In this document: in pieces, positions 1 to 9,538 of the stretch | Layout of the letters: every line of letters starts with the position of its first letter | Position numbering within the stretch: position 1 is the stretch's first letter | Source: Peptococcaceae bacterium | GTDB lineage: Bacteria > Bacillota > Peptococcia > Peptococcales > Peptococcaceae | NCBI GenBank assembly: GCA_900759105.1 | Contig: CAAETY010000147.1 | Location: forward strand, 7,431 to 71,430 | DNA length: 64,000 bases | Reading direction: 5' to 3' | Notes under the pieces: model-generated | The model's database searches: none | What the model was told of the DNA's origin: nothing | Seen by the model: only the letters and a program-made list of their open reading frames with translations | Translations under genes and position numbers: made by a program

Positions 1-426
1 GGAGGTGGAGGGGAGCGCCAAAGGGGTGATGCCGGTTTGCGCCAAAAGGTGTTCCTTATAAAGGGCTTCGGCCTTCTTGCCGGTGGTGACAACGGTGGTG
101 ATGTGTGGGTAACGCGCAAGAAGTCCCGCTACATCGTTTGGCACGGCGTCTGCGATGGTGCTATCGGCGGCACCTTCGATATCGCAGGCGGCAAGGACAT
201 CCCAAAGGGCAATATGGTGTCGGCGGGCAAAGTCGTGTGCCGCTTCGGGCGTGGTCGGCACCTCCTCCTGCCACAGCGCAGCCAAGGTGCGCCAGAACCG
301 ATTTTGCGGATGGCCGTAATACATCATGCGTGCGCGAGATTTGGGCGAGGGCATGGTGCCCAAAACAAGCACACGGCTCTCATCATCCACCCACGGCGCG
401 AGGGTGTGTTGGACACGCTCAGCCAT
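1..426 (-). CDS. UDG-superfamily DNA glycosylase (Mug/TDG-like DNA-deoxyinosine glycosylase); 3' end lies beyond the window
   Basis: Manual reverse translation from the ATG at 426 gives MAERVQHTLAPWVDDESRVLVLGTMPSPKSRARMMYYGHPQNRFWRTL... The G-x-M-P-S and HPxNRFW motifs match the Mug/family-2 UDG signature. The start lies 2 nt after the pncA-like stop. No in-window stop, so it is absent from the ORF track. Confidence 0.6.
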   Translation of the reverse strand, partial: MAERVQHTLAPWVDDESRVLVLGTMPSPKSRARMMYYGHPQNRFWRTLAALWQEEVPTTPEAAHDFARRHHIALWDVLAACDIEGAADSTIADAVPNDVAGLLARYPHITTVVTTGKKAEALYKEHLLAQTGITPLALPSTS

Positions 427-961
427 GGATAATGGCCATTTGGCAAGCGGCCATGGCATCCAGTGCGGTCCGGTGAGACTCTGGGGTGACACCGGCGCAG
501 AGGTCGGCGTTGATATAGATTGGCACATTTGGCAGGCTTGCCTTTACGAGCATGGCGTTGGAAATGACACAGATGTCAGTGCACACACCAACGATGGTAA
601 TTGAGGTAAATGGTTTTTCCATATTGGCACGTGCCAAGGCATGCGCAAGCATGGTAGCGCCGAAGGTATTCTTTTCGAAAGCCTTTGCCCCTTGCATGGT
701 GAGTGCTTTGGCAATTTCAGGGTTTAATTCCCAACCCACGGTGCCCTTGATGCAGTGTTCAACCGGCAAATAGTGCCCCTCTTGGGTTTCGAGGTAGTCG
801 CTTGCGTGGGTATCCATGGTGTAGTAAATAGGGCCGTGGTGACGGCGAATGCGTTCTACAACGGCAGGTACAATGGCTTGTGCTTCCTTATTGGCAAGGC
901 TACCGTCAATAAAGTCATTTTGCATGTCAATGACAATGAGTAAATCGTTGGTGGTTAACAT
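419..961 (-). CDS. isochorismatase-family cysteine hydrolase (nicotinamidase/pyrazinamidase-like)
   Basis: 180 aa; VIDMQNDF (Asp), conserved Lys and VGVCTDICV (Cys) of the cysteine-hydrolase triad; GGAGG RBS. Confidence 0.7.
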   Translation of the reverse strand: MLTTNDLLIVIDMQNDFIDGSLANKEAQAIVPAVVERIRRHHGPIYYTMDTHASDYLETQEGHYLPVEHCIKGTVGWELNPEIAKALTMQGAKAFEKNTFGATMLAHALARANMEKPFTSITIVGVCTDICVISNAMLVKASLPNVPIYINADLCAGVTPESHRTALDAMAACQMAIIHG

Positions 962-1056
962 AGGGTGTCCTCCTCAGGTGGTTTTTTTCTATTATATCAA
1001 TTAAACTGTCCACCGTCAGCATATTCGTCACTCGCGTACAATTATCCACGTATATG

Positions 1057-1085
1057 TTGCAAATTCTGCTGAGCTTTGGTAGAAT
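1057..1085 (+). promoter_or_regulatory. sigma70-like promoter TTGCAA-N17-TAGAAT
   Basis: -35/-10 hexamers with a 17-nt spacer, about 50 nt upstream of the 1136 start. Confidence 0.4.
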
Positions 1086-1135
1086 AGCAAATGCATGAGT
1101 TCATGCAAGAATAAAGAGGGGGGCTATAACCTAAT

Positions 1136-2359
1136 ATGGCTGAGAAGAAAAAAATTGGCTTGGTAACACGTCTCATCATCGGGATTGTTATCGGTCTCCT
1201 GCTTGGGATGGTTGTACCTGAGTTTGTCATCCGTGCGTTGGCAACTGCCGGGGCCATCTTTGGCAGCTATTTAAGTTACATTATTCCATTGATGATCGTG
1301 AGCTTTGTTGCAACCGGGATTGGGCACTTAACCAGCGGTGGTGCCGGCAAGCTTTTGCTTGCAACCGTGGCAATTGCATATTGCTCCACCATTATTGCCG
1401 GGACCTTTGCATATACTGTTGACAGTGCAATTTTCCCTAGCTTCATTACACCTGAAATCATCGCTAATTTCAAAGAAACCAGTGGTGTAGCGGTTGAACC
1501 GTACTTGGAATTCGTTCTTACTCCGGTTTTTGACGTAACCACCGCAATTGTGCTTGCATTTATTTTCGGGATTGGCATTATTACCCTTCGTAACACCAAA
1601 GAACACAACGAAGTGGCTGAATTAATGCTCAAACTCTTTGACGGCTTCCAAGCCATCATCAACCTCGCACTTTCTAAGACCATCTTGCCATTGCTTCCTT
1701 TCTACATCGGTATCACCTTCGCTAAGATGAGCTATACCGGTGAAGTATGGAGCGTACTCAAGGTATTCTGGAAGGTCTTTGTCATCATCTTGATTCTCCA
1801 CCTCATTTACTTGACCGTTGCATTCTGCATCGCCGGTGGTATATCCAAGAAGAGCCCACTCTTCCTCATGAAGAACCAAATCCCTGGCTACATGACTGCA
1901 GTTGGGACTCAAAGCTCTGCAATCACCATTCCTGTAAACGTGAAGTGTGCGGAAGCAAACGGCGTATCCAAGAGTATTCGTGAATTCGTTGTACCGCTTT
2001 GCGCAACCATCCACTTGGCAGGTAGTACCATTACCATCACCAGCTGTGCGACCGGGGTATTGATGATGAGCAACATGCCACACAACTTGAGCTTGATGCT
2101 TCCATTCATTTTCACCCTCGGCGTTGTTATGATTGCTGCACCGGGTGCACCGGGCGGCGCAATCATGAGTGCACTTTCCTTCTTGCCAATGATCGGCATT
2201 CCTGTAGAAGGTGCATTGGCATCCTTGATGATTGCCCTTTACCTTACCCAAGACTCCTTCGGGACTGCTTGTAACGTATCCGGTGACAACGCTATCGCTG
2301 TCATTATCGATACCTTAAAGGACAAAATTACCGGGACGAAGAGCGGCAAAGCTGCATAA
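1136..2359 (+). CDS. dicarboxylate/amino acid:cation symporter (DAACS family)
   Basis: 407 aa polytopic membrane protein; C-terminal N-V-S-G-D motif and re-entrant-loop G-rich segments typical of the GltP/SstT family. Confidence 0.7.
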   Translation: MAEKKKIGLVTRLIIGIVIGLLLGMVVPEFVIRALATAGAIFGSYLSYIIPLMIVSFVATGIGHLTSGGAGKLLLATVAIAYCSTIIAGTFAYTVDSAIFPSFITPEIIANFKETSGVAVEPYLEFVLTPVFDVTTAIVLAFIFGIGIITLRNTKEHNEVAELMLKLFDGFQAIINLALSKTILPLLPFYIGITFAKMSYTGEVWSVLKVFWKVFVIILILHLIYLTVAFCIAGGISKKSPLFLMKNQIPGYMTAVGTQSSAITIPVNVKCAEANGVSKSIREFVVPLCATIHLAGSTITITSCATGVLMMSNMPHNLSLMLPFIFTLGVVMIAAPGAPGGAIMSALSFLPMIGIPVEGALASLMIALYLTQDSFGTACNVSGDNAIAVIIDTLKDKITGTKSGKAA

Positions 2360-2369
2360 TTTGTTATCA

Positions 2370-2405
2370 AAAAGCGACTGTTTGCGAAAACAGTCGCTTT
2401 TTTTG
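2370..2405 (+). terminator. rho-independent terminator
   Basis: GCGACTGTTTGCGAAAACAGTCGC hairpin followed by a T7 run. Confidence 0.8.
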
Positions 2406-2642
2406 TTGGGTTTTGGCATAAAGTGGGCAAATACCCCTTGAATTATCGGTAAGAAACATTTATAATAAGTAAAAACAAAGATTATGAAAGAGAAAACGTA
2501 GGCCAGGGGGCCTACGGGAACATTGCAAATCGTTTGTTTTCTCAATCAATCCTTCTTCGTTTTATTTTCTGCTTATCACAGGAACGGCCCCAGAACATTC
2601 CCTTCAGACTGTTTTGGGGTCGTTTCACGTCATGGCAACAAT

Positions 2643-2686
2643 AAAAAAGCAGCGTTTTTTGCTTGTGCAAGAACGCTGCTTTTTTG
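2643..2686. terminator. bidirectional rho-independent terminator
   Basis: AGCAGCGTT...AACGCTGCT hairpin flanked by A6 and T5 runs; sits downstream of the minus-strand Crp/Fnr gene. Confidence 0.7.
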
Positions 2687-2690
2687 ATGG

Positions 2691-3359
2691 TTATTTTTTG
2701 TAGTCAATTTTTCGAATGCCTTGGGCATACTCTTGAAGCATGTCTTCATCGATGATTTCGATGCAATTGCCATTGTAGGCAATGCAGCCGGCGCTTCTGA
2801 GTGCAAGGATGATTTTGTTGGCGGTAATGCGGTGCATGCCCAAAAAACGGGCGATGTCAGCAACGCTGCAAAAACGTGAAAAGCGAAGCTTGCCGTCGAC
2901 TCTTTCCGAACGCTCAATGATAAAACTTGCCACGCGCGGTGCGGCTTGTCCTTTTTGTTTGGCCACGAAATTACTTACAAGGGTGGAATATTCGCCAAGC
3001 AGACGGTATAAGAGCTCCTTCATCACTGTCGGGTGACGATCGAGAAATTCGTCAAATTCTTCGGCAGTAAGGCGGTGCGCGCGAATTGGTGAAAGCGCAA
3101 TCATTTCACTGCTGCTAATGGTTGCTTGCGGGCTGCTGTATTGGATATAGGGGCCGACTAAGGAATAAACAGATTCTCCGGGTGTATATTCTTCAAAAAA
3201 GATATTTTCACCGGTGGTGGTGGTCATTTGACGCATACAGTTACCTTCTACAAGGTAGTAAACGTAGCTGGCCTCGTCATCGTAGCTGAGTAAGTGCTCT
3301 CCTTTGGCAAATTCGACGAGCGGATACGACATGAGTTCTTTTAAAGCGACTTCGTCCAT
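2691..3359 (-). CDS. Crp/Fnr family transcriptional regulator
   Basis: 222 aa; N-terminal cNMP-binding-like beta-roll and C-terminal HTH (RITANKIILALRSAG). Confidence 0.8.
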   Translation of the reverse strand: MDEVALKELMSYPLVEFAKGEHLLSYDDEASYVYYLVEGNCMRQMTTTTGENIFFEEYTPGESVYSLVGPYIQYSSPQATISSSEMIALSPIRAHRLTAEEFDEFLDRHPTVMKELLYRLLGEYSTLVSNFVAKQKGQAAPRVASFIIERSERVDGKLRFSRFCSVADIARFLGMHRITANKIILALRSAGCIAYNGNCIEIIDEDMLQEYAQGIRKIDYKK

Positions 3360-3650
3360 AAAAACTTCAAAACCTCCTGACGCATGATTTTTATTTCCTA
3401 TTATATAAGGATACCAGATTTTTGCGTTTGTATCAAACCAGACTGTTCCTAATTGGCCAAAAACTGCGTGATTTTTTCTTATTTGCGTGGTTTGTATGTG
3501 CTTGCAAGTGATTCATGCAATGAAGGTGGGAGGGTAACAGTATAATTGGGGATAAAGCATGGAGGGGTTTATCCCCTGTGGACATGGCGGCGATTCACGA
3601 AAATGCATAAAAATCTATTATTGCGGGTTAGTGTTAAATTAAAGGGCAAA

Positions 3651-3674
3651 AAATTAACGAGGGTTAATTATTTT
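3651..3674. promoter_or_regulatory. 24-bp conserved operator AAATTAACGAGGGTTAATTATTTT containing the palindrome TTAAC-N4-GTTAA (copy A)
   Basis: Perfect 5-4-5 inverted repeat. An identical 24-mer recurs upstream of the paralogous gene at 5389-5412. It lies about 80 bp upstream of a TAGAAT -10 box. Confidence 0.55.
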
Positions 3675-3852
3675 GCCGTAATCTTTGCGTTGTGACCGGG
3701 AAGTGTAGCATGGGCTACTGACAAATCCCTCTGCAAAGTGATAGAATGCTGATTGTCTAGCTGTGAGATAGAAATGATAAATAACCATTATGTACAGCTG
3801 GGACACTCTTTTTTTGATAAAAAGCAGAAGATGAAAGGATGAAAGTAAAAAA

Positions 3853-5331
3853 ATGAGTGCACAGAAGCAAAAACGTAATCTGTACCCTCTCCACGTAGTC
3901 GTTGGTTTTGCGATTATCGCGGCTTTCTGGATGATGCCACCAATCGAACCAATTACTGCCTTGGGGATGCGTTGTGCAGGCGCTTTCTTGGGTATGGTTT
4001 ACCTTTGGAGTGCGGTAGACACCCTTTGGCCAAGTATGGTTGGCCTTTTCATGTTGGCAATTTCCGGTTATGGTGGCGAAGCCGGCTTTAACGGCGTATG
4101 GATGCAAGCAGTCGGTGTATACACCGTTCTCTTGACCTTGTTCGCAATGGTACTTTTCGGTGCGATGGACGAAGTTGGCGATACCAAGTATATTGCGAAA
4201 TGGTTCCTCACCCGTTCTATCTTTAAGGGTCGTCCATTGGTATTTATGGCAGTGTTCTATGCAGCAGCCTTTGTTATGAGTGCTGTTTGCCAACCAATGA
4301 CCGCGCTCATCATTCTCTGGCCTGTTGCCAGAAGCTTGATGGACACCATGAATGTTACACGTGAAGACAAAATCTGGAAATTCTTCTTTGTTGGGATGTT
4401 TGCAGTTTCCACTTTGGCGCAACCACTCTTCCCATTCATGGGTGCTCAGCTCATTCCTTACTCTGCTTTCCAAAGTATGACTGCTGCCATGGGCAACCCA
4501 ATGACCATCCCAATGGCACAATATATGGTTGTTAATATGGTAATGACCACCCTCATCATGGCAGTTTTCCTTTTGGGTCTCAAGCTTTTGCGCGTGGATA
4601 TGTCCAAGCTCAAGGCCATTGACCCTGAAATGATCAAGAAGGAAATGGAACTTCCTCCAATGACCTTGCCACAAAAGCTTTATCTCCTTATGGTACCTGC
4701 ATTCTTGGTAATGATGCTCGTACCAAGCTTCTTCCCTGATTTTGCTATTTGCAAAGCCCTCAATATGATTGGGCCAATGGGGATTACCCTTCTTTGGGTT
4801 ATGCTCTTCTTGATTGTTCGTATTGATGGCAAGCCACTCTTGGACTTCAAGGAAGTAGCATATCATCAATTCAGCTGGGGCATCTTCTTTATGATTGCTG
4901 CTGCAGTATTTGGTGCAAACACCTTGTCCAATCCTGAAACCGGGATTCCTGATTTCTTGATTCAAGCATTGACCCCAATCCTCGGTGGTCGCAGTGAAAT
5001 GGTATTTGTTGCTATTCTCTTCACTACCGCATTGATTGTTACCAACTTTGCGAACAACGCTGCAATGGCAGTGGTGCTCATGCCGGTTGTACTCAACTTC
5101 TCCGATCAAATGGGTATCAACCCAATGCCTGTTGCAACCGGGGTTATTCTCATGGTATTCGTGGCAATGTTAACCCCTGCTGCATCTCCACACGCCGGGA
5201 TGATGCACGGGATGAAACCAATCTATTCCACCAAGGAAATCTTGAGCGTTGGTTTCCCTATTTGTATGATTGCGCTCTTGCTCTATATCTTTGTAGGGTA
5301 TCCACTTTGCAAGATTCTCATGGGCGTGTAA
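3853..5331 (+). CDS. ion-transporter-superfamily permease, paralog A (anion/organic-acid permease-like; family not assigned)
   Basis: 492 aa, about 12-14 TM helices, internal two-fold repeat with hairpin-like G/A-rich segments (TNFANNAAMAVVLMPV); about 80% identical to the ORF at 5584. Confidence 0.55.
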   Translation: MSAQKQKRNLYPLHVVVGFAIIAAFWMMPPIEPITALGMRCAGAFLGMVYLWSAVDTLWPSMVGLFMLAISGYGGEAGFNGVWMQAVGVYTVLLTLFAMVLFGAMDEVGDTKYIAKWFLTRSIFKGRPLVFMAVFYAAAFVMSAVCQPMTALIILWPVARSLMDTMNVTREDKIWKFFFVGMFAVSTLAQPLFPFMGAQLIPYSAFQSMTAAMGNPMTIPMAQYMVVNMVMTTLIMAVFLLGLKLLRVDMSKLKAIDPEMIKKEMELPPMTLPQKLYLLMVPAFLVMMLVPSFFPDFAICKALNMIGPMGITLLWVMLFLIVRIDGKPLLDFKEVAYHQFSWGIFFMIAAAVFGANTLSNPETGIPDFLIQALTPILGGRSEMVFVAILFTTALIVTNFANNAAMAVVLMPVVLNFSDQMGINPMPVATGVILMVFVAMLTPAASPHAGMMHGMKPIYSTKEILSVGFPICMIALLLYIFVGYPLCKILMGV

Positions 5332-5344
5332 GCAAACTGTAAAA

Positions 5345-5386
5345 TCTCGAACACTCGCTTCAATATCGAAGCGAGTGTTTTTTTGC
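5345..5386 (+). terminator. rho-independent terminator
   Basis: AACACTCGCTTC-aatat-GAAGCGAGTGTT hairpin followed by a T7 run. Confidence 0.8.
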
Positions 5387-5388
5387 AT

Positions 5389-5412
5389 AAATTAACGAGG
5401 GTTAATTATTTT
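5389..5412. promoter_or_regulatory. 24-bp conserved operator with TTAAC-N4-GTTAA palindrome (copy B)
   Basis: Identical to 3651-3674. Confidence 0.55.
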
Positions 5413-5583
5413 TGGACGAATTATGTCATCATTTAAAATGTGAAGTCTAGACTACTAATAAAAACCATTTATAAGTGCTATTATATGGCATACAGGGGGT
5501 GAGATTGAAACGATAAATAAAAATTATTCTCCCGTAGCAATTTTTCTTTATGTTTATCCTAAAAAGAGAGAGGATGAAAAAAG

Positions 5584-7065
5584 ATGAGTGAACAAAAACA
5601 AAAACGTAATCTTTATCCGGTTCATTTGGTAGTTGGCTTTGGCATCATGGCATTATTCTGGCTCATGCCACCAATTGAACCTATTACAGCACTCGGGATG
5701 CGCTGTGTTGGTGCGTTCCTTGGGATGGTCTATCTCTGGAGTGCTGTTGACACACTCTGGCCTAGTATGGTCGGGCTCTTCATGTTGGCAATTTCCGGTT
5801 ATGGCGGTGATGGTGGCTTTAACGGCGTGTGGATGCAAGCTGTTGGGGTATACACCGTTCTCTTGACCTTGTTTGCAATGGTACTCTTTGGTGCGATGGA
5901 TGAAGTTGGCGACACCAAGTACATTGCTAAATGGTTCTTGACCCGTTCTATCTTCAAGGGTCGTCCAATGGTGTTTATGGCAGTATTCTATGCATGCTGC
6001 TTCGTTTTGGCGGCAATCTGCTCTCCAATCACTTCTTTGATTATTCTTTGGCCTATCGCATTGAGCTTGATGGATTCTGTTAACATCACTCGCGAAGACC
6101 GTTTGTGGAAGTATTTCTTCGTAGGGATGTTTGCGGTATCTACATTGGCACAGCCATTGTTCCCATTCTTGGGTGCACAGCTCATTCCTTATGCAGCATT
6201 CCAAAGTATGACCGCAGCAATGGGCAACCCAATGACCATTCCTATGGGCCAATACATGGCTGTTGACCTTATCATGACTACTTTGGTAATGGCACTCTAC
6301 CTCGTTGTTTTAAGATACGTATTGCGTGTTGACATGTCCAAGTTAAAAGCTGTTGACCCTGCAATGGTAGAAGAACAAATGCCACTGCCTAAGATGAATT
6401 TCCAACAAAAGGCATTCCTCTACATGATTCCTTGCTATTTGATAATGATTCTTTTGCCTAACTTCTTCCCTAACAATCCTGTATCCGCCGGTCTTAACTT
6501 TATCGGGCCTATGGGGATTACCATTGTTTGGGTAATGATTTTCCTTATCGTTCGTTGGAACGGCAAACCTCTCTTGGACTTCAAGGAAGTTGCATATCGT
6601 CAATTTAACTGGGGTATCTTCTTCATGATCGCAGCAGCTGTATTTGGCGCAAATACCTTGTCCAATCCAGACACCGGTGTTCCTGCCTTCTTGATTAAAG
6701 CCTTGACCCCAATCCTCGGTGGCCGCAGTGAAATGGCATTCGTTGCCATCATGTTCACCACCGCATTGATTATCACTAACTTCGCAAACAACGCTGCAAT
6801 GGCCGTTGTACTCATGCCGGTTGTACTGAACTTCTCCAATGAAATGGGTATCAACCCAATGCCTGTTGCAACCGGGGTTATCCTCATGGTATTCGTTGCG
6901 ATGTTGACCCCTGCTGCATCCCCACACGCTGGCTTGATGCATGGGATGAAAAAGATTTACAACACCAAGGATATTCTTTCGGTTGGGTTCCCAATCTGTA
7001 TTGCGACCTTGCTATTGTACATTTTCATCGGTTACCCACTTTGCAAGGTGCTCATGGGTGTATAA
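5584..7065 (+). CDS. ion-transporter-superfamily permease, paralog B
   Basis: 493 aa tandem paralog of 3853..5331; it has its own promoter region and a leader containing the shared element GTGAGATTGAAACGATAAATAA. Confidence 0.55.
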   Translation: MSEQKQKRNLYPVHLVVGFGIMALFWLMPPIEPITALGMRCVGAFLGMVYLWSAVDTLWPSMVGLFMLAISGYGGDGGFNGVWMQAVGVYTVLLTLFAMVLFGAMDEVGDTKYIAKWFLTRSIFKGRPMVFMAVFYACCFVLAAICSPITSLIILWPIALSLMDSVNITREDRLWKYFFVGMFAVSTLAQPLFPFLGAQLIPYAAFQSMTAAMGNPMTIPMGQYMAVDLIMTTLVMALYLVVLRYVLRVDMSKLKAVDPAMVEEQMPLPKMNFQQKAFLYMIPCYLIMILLPNFFPNNPVSAGLNFIGPMGITIVWVMIFLIVRWNGKPLLDFKEVAYRQFNWGIFFMIAAAVFGANTLSNPDTGVPAFLIKALTPILGGRSEMAFVAIMFTTALIITNFANNAAMAVVLMPVVLNFSNEMGINPMPVATGVILMVFVAMLTPAASPHAGLMHGMKKIYNTKDILSVGFPICIATLLLYIFIGYPLCKVLMGV

Positions 7066-7087
7066 AACAGTCATCAATTAACTTTAA

Positions 7088-7119
7088 GTGCGCTGACTTG
7101 CTCAGCGCGCTTTTTTTTG
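7088..7119 (+). terminator. rho-independent terminator
   Basis: GCGCTGACTTGCTCAGCGCGC hairpin followed by a T8 run. Confidence 0.8.
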
Positions 7120-7142
7120 TGTCGTGAATAAGTGCTTGAAGC

Positions 7143-7182
7143 GCACAATAAAAGCGCACATCCTATCAATTGGGATGTGCGC
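7143..7182 (-). terminator. rho-independent terminator for azlD
   Basis: GCGCACATCC...GGATGTGCGC hairpin, T-rich on the minus strand. Confidence 0.6.
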
Positions 7183-7219
7183 TTTGGTATTGATGTAGAT
7201 GGTTGTGTTAATCGGGATA

Positions 7220-7519
7220 TTACAGGATGAGCTCAATTCCCAACACAACGGTGCAGCAAAAAACAGCCACTTGAAATAAGCTTTTGCCTTGCCATGCGGC
7301 GATGATACCCACTAAAAGCGCACAAGCACCGGCAATGGGTGTATCGGTAGCGTGCAAAATTGCCGGGAATGTCATGACGGCGAGGGTCACGTAAGGCACG
7401 TAGTATAAAAAGGAGTTTAAGGTTACATTGGTAATGGGCTTGCGAATGAGTGTCAAAGGCAGTACACGAATGAGATAGCTTACAATGGCAATCACTGCGA
7501 TATAAATGTAGATATTCAT
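7220..7519 (-). CDS. azlD: branched-chain amino acid transport protein AzlD
   Basis: 99 aa small hydrophobic protein immediately downstream of azlC. Confidence 0.7.
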   Translation of the reverse strand: MNIYIYIAVIAIVSYLIRVLPLTLIRKPITNVTLNSFLYYVPYVTLAVMTFPAILHATDTPIAGACALLVGIIAAWQGKSLFQVAVFCCTVVLGIELIL

Positions 7520-7521
7520 GC

Positions 7522-8286
7522 TTAGACCTCCTCGGGATCGTTATGAACCGGGAACAGGATGGCAGCGATGCCGGAAATAACCACGGTTAGAATGATGATG
7601 ACGGTGCCGCTTGAAAGGTCACGCAGCCATGGGAGCAGGGTGGACGCATAGCTTGCAATAAAGCTAATCAGCACAATGGCACCGATTAAATGGTTGTTGC
7701 GACAAGGTGGGATGATAATGGCAAGAAACATTCCAAAGAGCGCCACGCCCAACGCTTCAACAATCACTGCCGGCAGCACATCTCCGGCAATAATACCGCA
7801 GGCGGTGCCAATTGCCCAGCCCGGAGAGGCGATGGCAAAGGCGCCGTAATTATAGAATGGGTTGATATAGCCGGGGCGCGCGATGCTGATGCCAAAGATT
7901 TCATCGGTAATGCCAAAGGCAACGAGAAAACGATGGTAGAAGGGCGTATTTTCGGAAAAACGTTGGCTCAAGGCGGCACTCATCAGCATGTAGCGGGCAT
8001 TGGCAATAAGGCTCATAAGCGCCATTTGCGTGTAGGTGCCCAATGCAGCGATGACAGTGAGGGCAGCATATTGACCGGCAGAGGCATTGACAAGGGCACT
8101 CAACAGAAAGCCTTGCAGTGCGTCAAGACCAACGGCACCGGCTTGGATACCCAAGGAAAAGGCGACGGCGAAATAACCGAGGGCGATGGGGATGCCGTCA
8201 AGAAACCCTTCGCGGAAGGCGGTGAGATTATCTTGATATGAATAGATACCGTGTTTTTCTTTTGGCAGGGATTGAAGCGCTGACAT
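7522..8286 (-). CDS. azlC: AzlC family branched-chain amino acid permease
   Basis: 254 aa polytopic protein with AzlC-type sequence pattern; a 2-nt gap separates it from azlD. Confidence 0.75.
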   Translation of the reverse strand: MSALQSLPKEKHGIYSYQDNLTAFREGFLDGIPIALGYFAVAFSLGIQAGAVGLDALQGFLLSALVNASAGQYAALTVIAALGTYTQMALMSLIANARYMLMSAALSQRFSENTPFYHRFLVAFGITDEIFGISIARPGYINPFYNYGAFAIASPGWAIGTACGIIAGDVLPAVIVEALGVALFGMFLAIIIPPCRNNHLIGAIVLISFIASYASTLLPWLRDLSSGTVIIILTVVISGIAAILFPVHNDPEEV

Positions 8287-8394
8287 GAAAATGCCTCCTC
8301 TTTCTGTATAATAATGAAGCTTATGGCACCCATTATACGATTAGCGTTGACATTAGTAAAACGCATAATTATTATGAACGTATAAGGAAATGAG

Positions 8395-9279
8395 ATGAAG
8401 GGAAGTGTGCCCATGCTATCGAAATATGACATTTTTTGTAAAGTGGTTGAATACGGTGGCTTTACCAAGGCTGCCAACGCCATTAGCTATTCTCAGAGTG
8501 CGGTGAGCCAAACAGTGAAAAATTTGGAGCAAGAGCTTGATTTGACCTTGTTGAATCGTGGGAAGGACGGTATTCACCTAACCGGTGACGGCGAAGCAAT
8601 TTTTCCCTATATTCAAGGCATTGCCAACGCTGAAAAGGCACTGGTGCGCCGTCAAAAAGAATTGCACGGTTTGACAAACAGTGTCATTCGCATTGGCACA
8701 TTTACGAGTGTGAGCCGCAATTTGCTTCCGGGCTGGATGGTTGATTTTAAGGCGCTGTATCCGGATATTCGCTTTGTCTTGGAGCAAGGGGAGTACACGA
8801 CCATCAGCGAATGGGTGCAAAATGATGTGGTCGACTTTGGCTTTGTGAATATGCATGCCGCTCCTGATATGGAAGGGCAGCTGCTTTACACCGATGAAAT
8901 GTGTGCGGTGCTGCCGTTGGATCATCCTTTTGCAAAAAAAGAGGTGGTTAGCTTGCAGGCGCTTGCCGAGGAACCCTTGATTTTATTGGACGAAGGGGAA
9001 TTTAACAGTCCCTTGCGTGCCTTTGAGCAAGCGGGGCTTGAGCCGCAAATCGCCTATGAAGTGTATGACGATTACACCATCATCGCCATGGTTGAAAAGA
9101 AGCTCGGCATTTCTATGATGTATCGCAAGGTGCTCTGTGGCTACGAAGACCATGTGGCGTTGTGCCCGGTGGATGCAGACCTGAGCCGCCCGGTGGGCAT
9201 GATTTGGAATAACTGGGACACCCTTCCGATTGCCGCACGCCGTTTTATCGAATTTATTGCCAAGCAACCGATTGCGTAA
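8395..9279 (+). CDS. LysR family transcriptional regulator
   Basis: N-terminal HTH (FTKAANAISYSQSAVSQTVKNLE) plus a LysR substrate-binding domain; divergent from azlCD. The start may be at 8413. Confidence 0.85.
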   Translation: MKGSVPMLSKYDIFCKVVEYGGFTKAANAISYSQSAVSQTVKNLEQELDLTLLNRGKDGIHLTGDGEAIFPYIQGIANAEKALVRRQKELHGLTNSVIRIGTFTSVSRNLLPGWMVDFKALYPDIRFVLEQGEYTTISEWVQNDVVDFGFVNMHAAPDMEGQLLYTDEMCAVLPLDHPFAKKEVVSLQALAEEPLILLDEGEFNSPLRAFEQAGLEPQIAYEVYDDYTIIAMVEKKLGISMMYRKVLCGYEDHVALCPVDADLSRPVGMIWNNWDTLPIAARRFIEFIAKQPIA

Positions 9280-9328
9280 TTTAGCAAACGATTCAAACGC
9301 TTGCTTACTTATCGAGAAGCATAATATA

Positions 9329-9375
9329 AGCCCATTGTCTGTAGCATAGTCAGGCTACAGACAATGGGCTTTTGT
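9329..9375 (+). terminator. rho-independent terminator
   Basis: 18-bp stem AAGCCCATTGTCTGTAGC/GCTACAGACAATGGGCTT followed by TTTT. Confidence 0.8.
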
Positions 9376-9538
9376 ATGTAAATGGTGAAAGAAAAAAGGA
9401 AACGTTAAATTCTCCTAAAACTGTAGCCCAGACTATCGGCGTATTGAAAAAGTTCTTGCTATACTTAGTATAAAGTTCGTTGATAACGACGATGAAAGCT
9501 AAAACTATTGTAAACAATAAGAATCGGAGGATATTCGA

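Noticed and set aside
3757-5109. 450-aa minus-strand ORF (and 5653..6252 and 6343..6942 on the minus strand)
   Set aside because: They are antisense to the paralogous transporter genes. They are His/Cys/Trp-rich with no membrane or enzymatic pattern.
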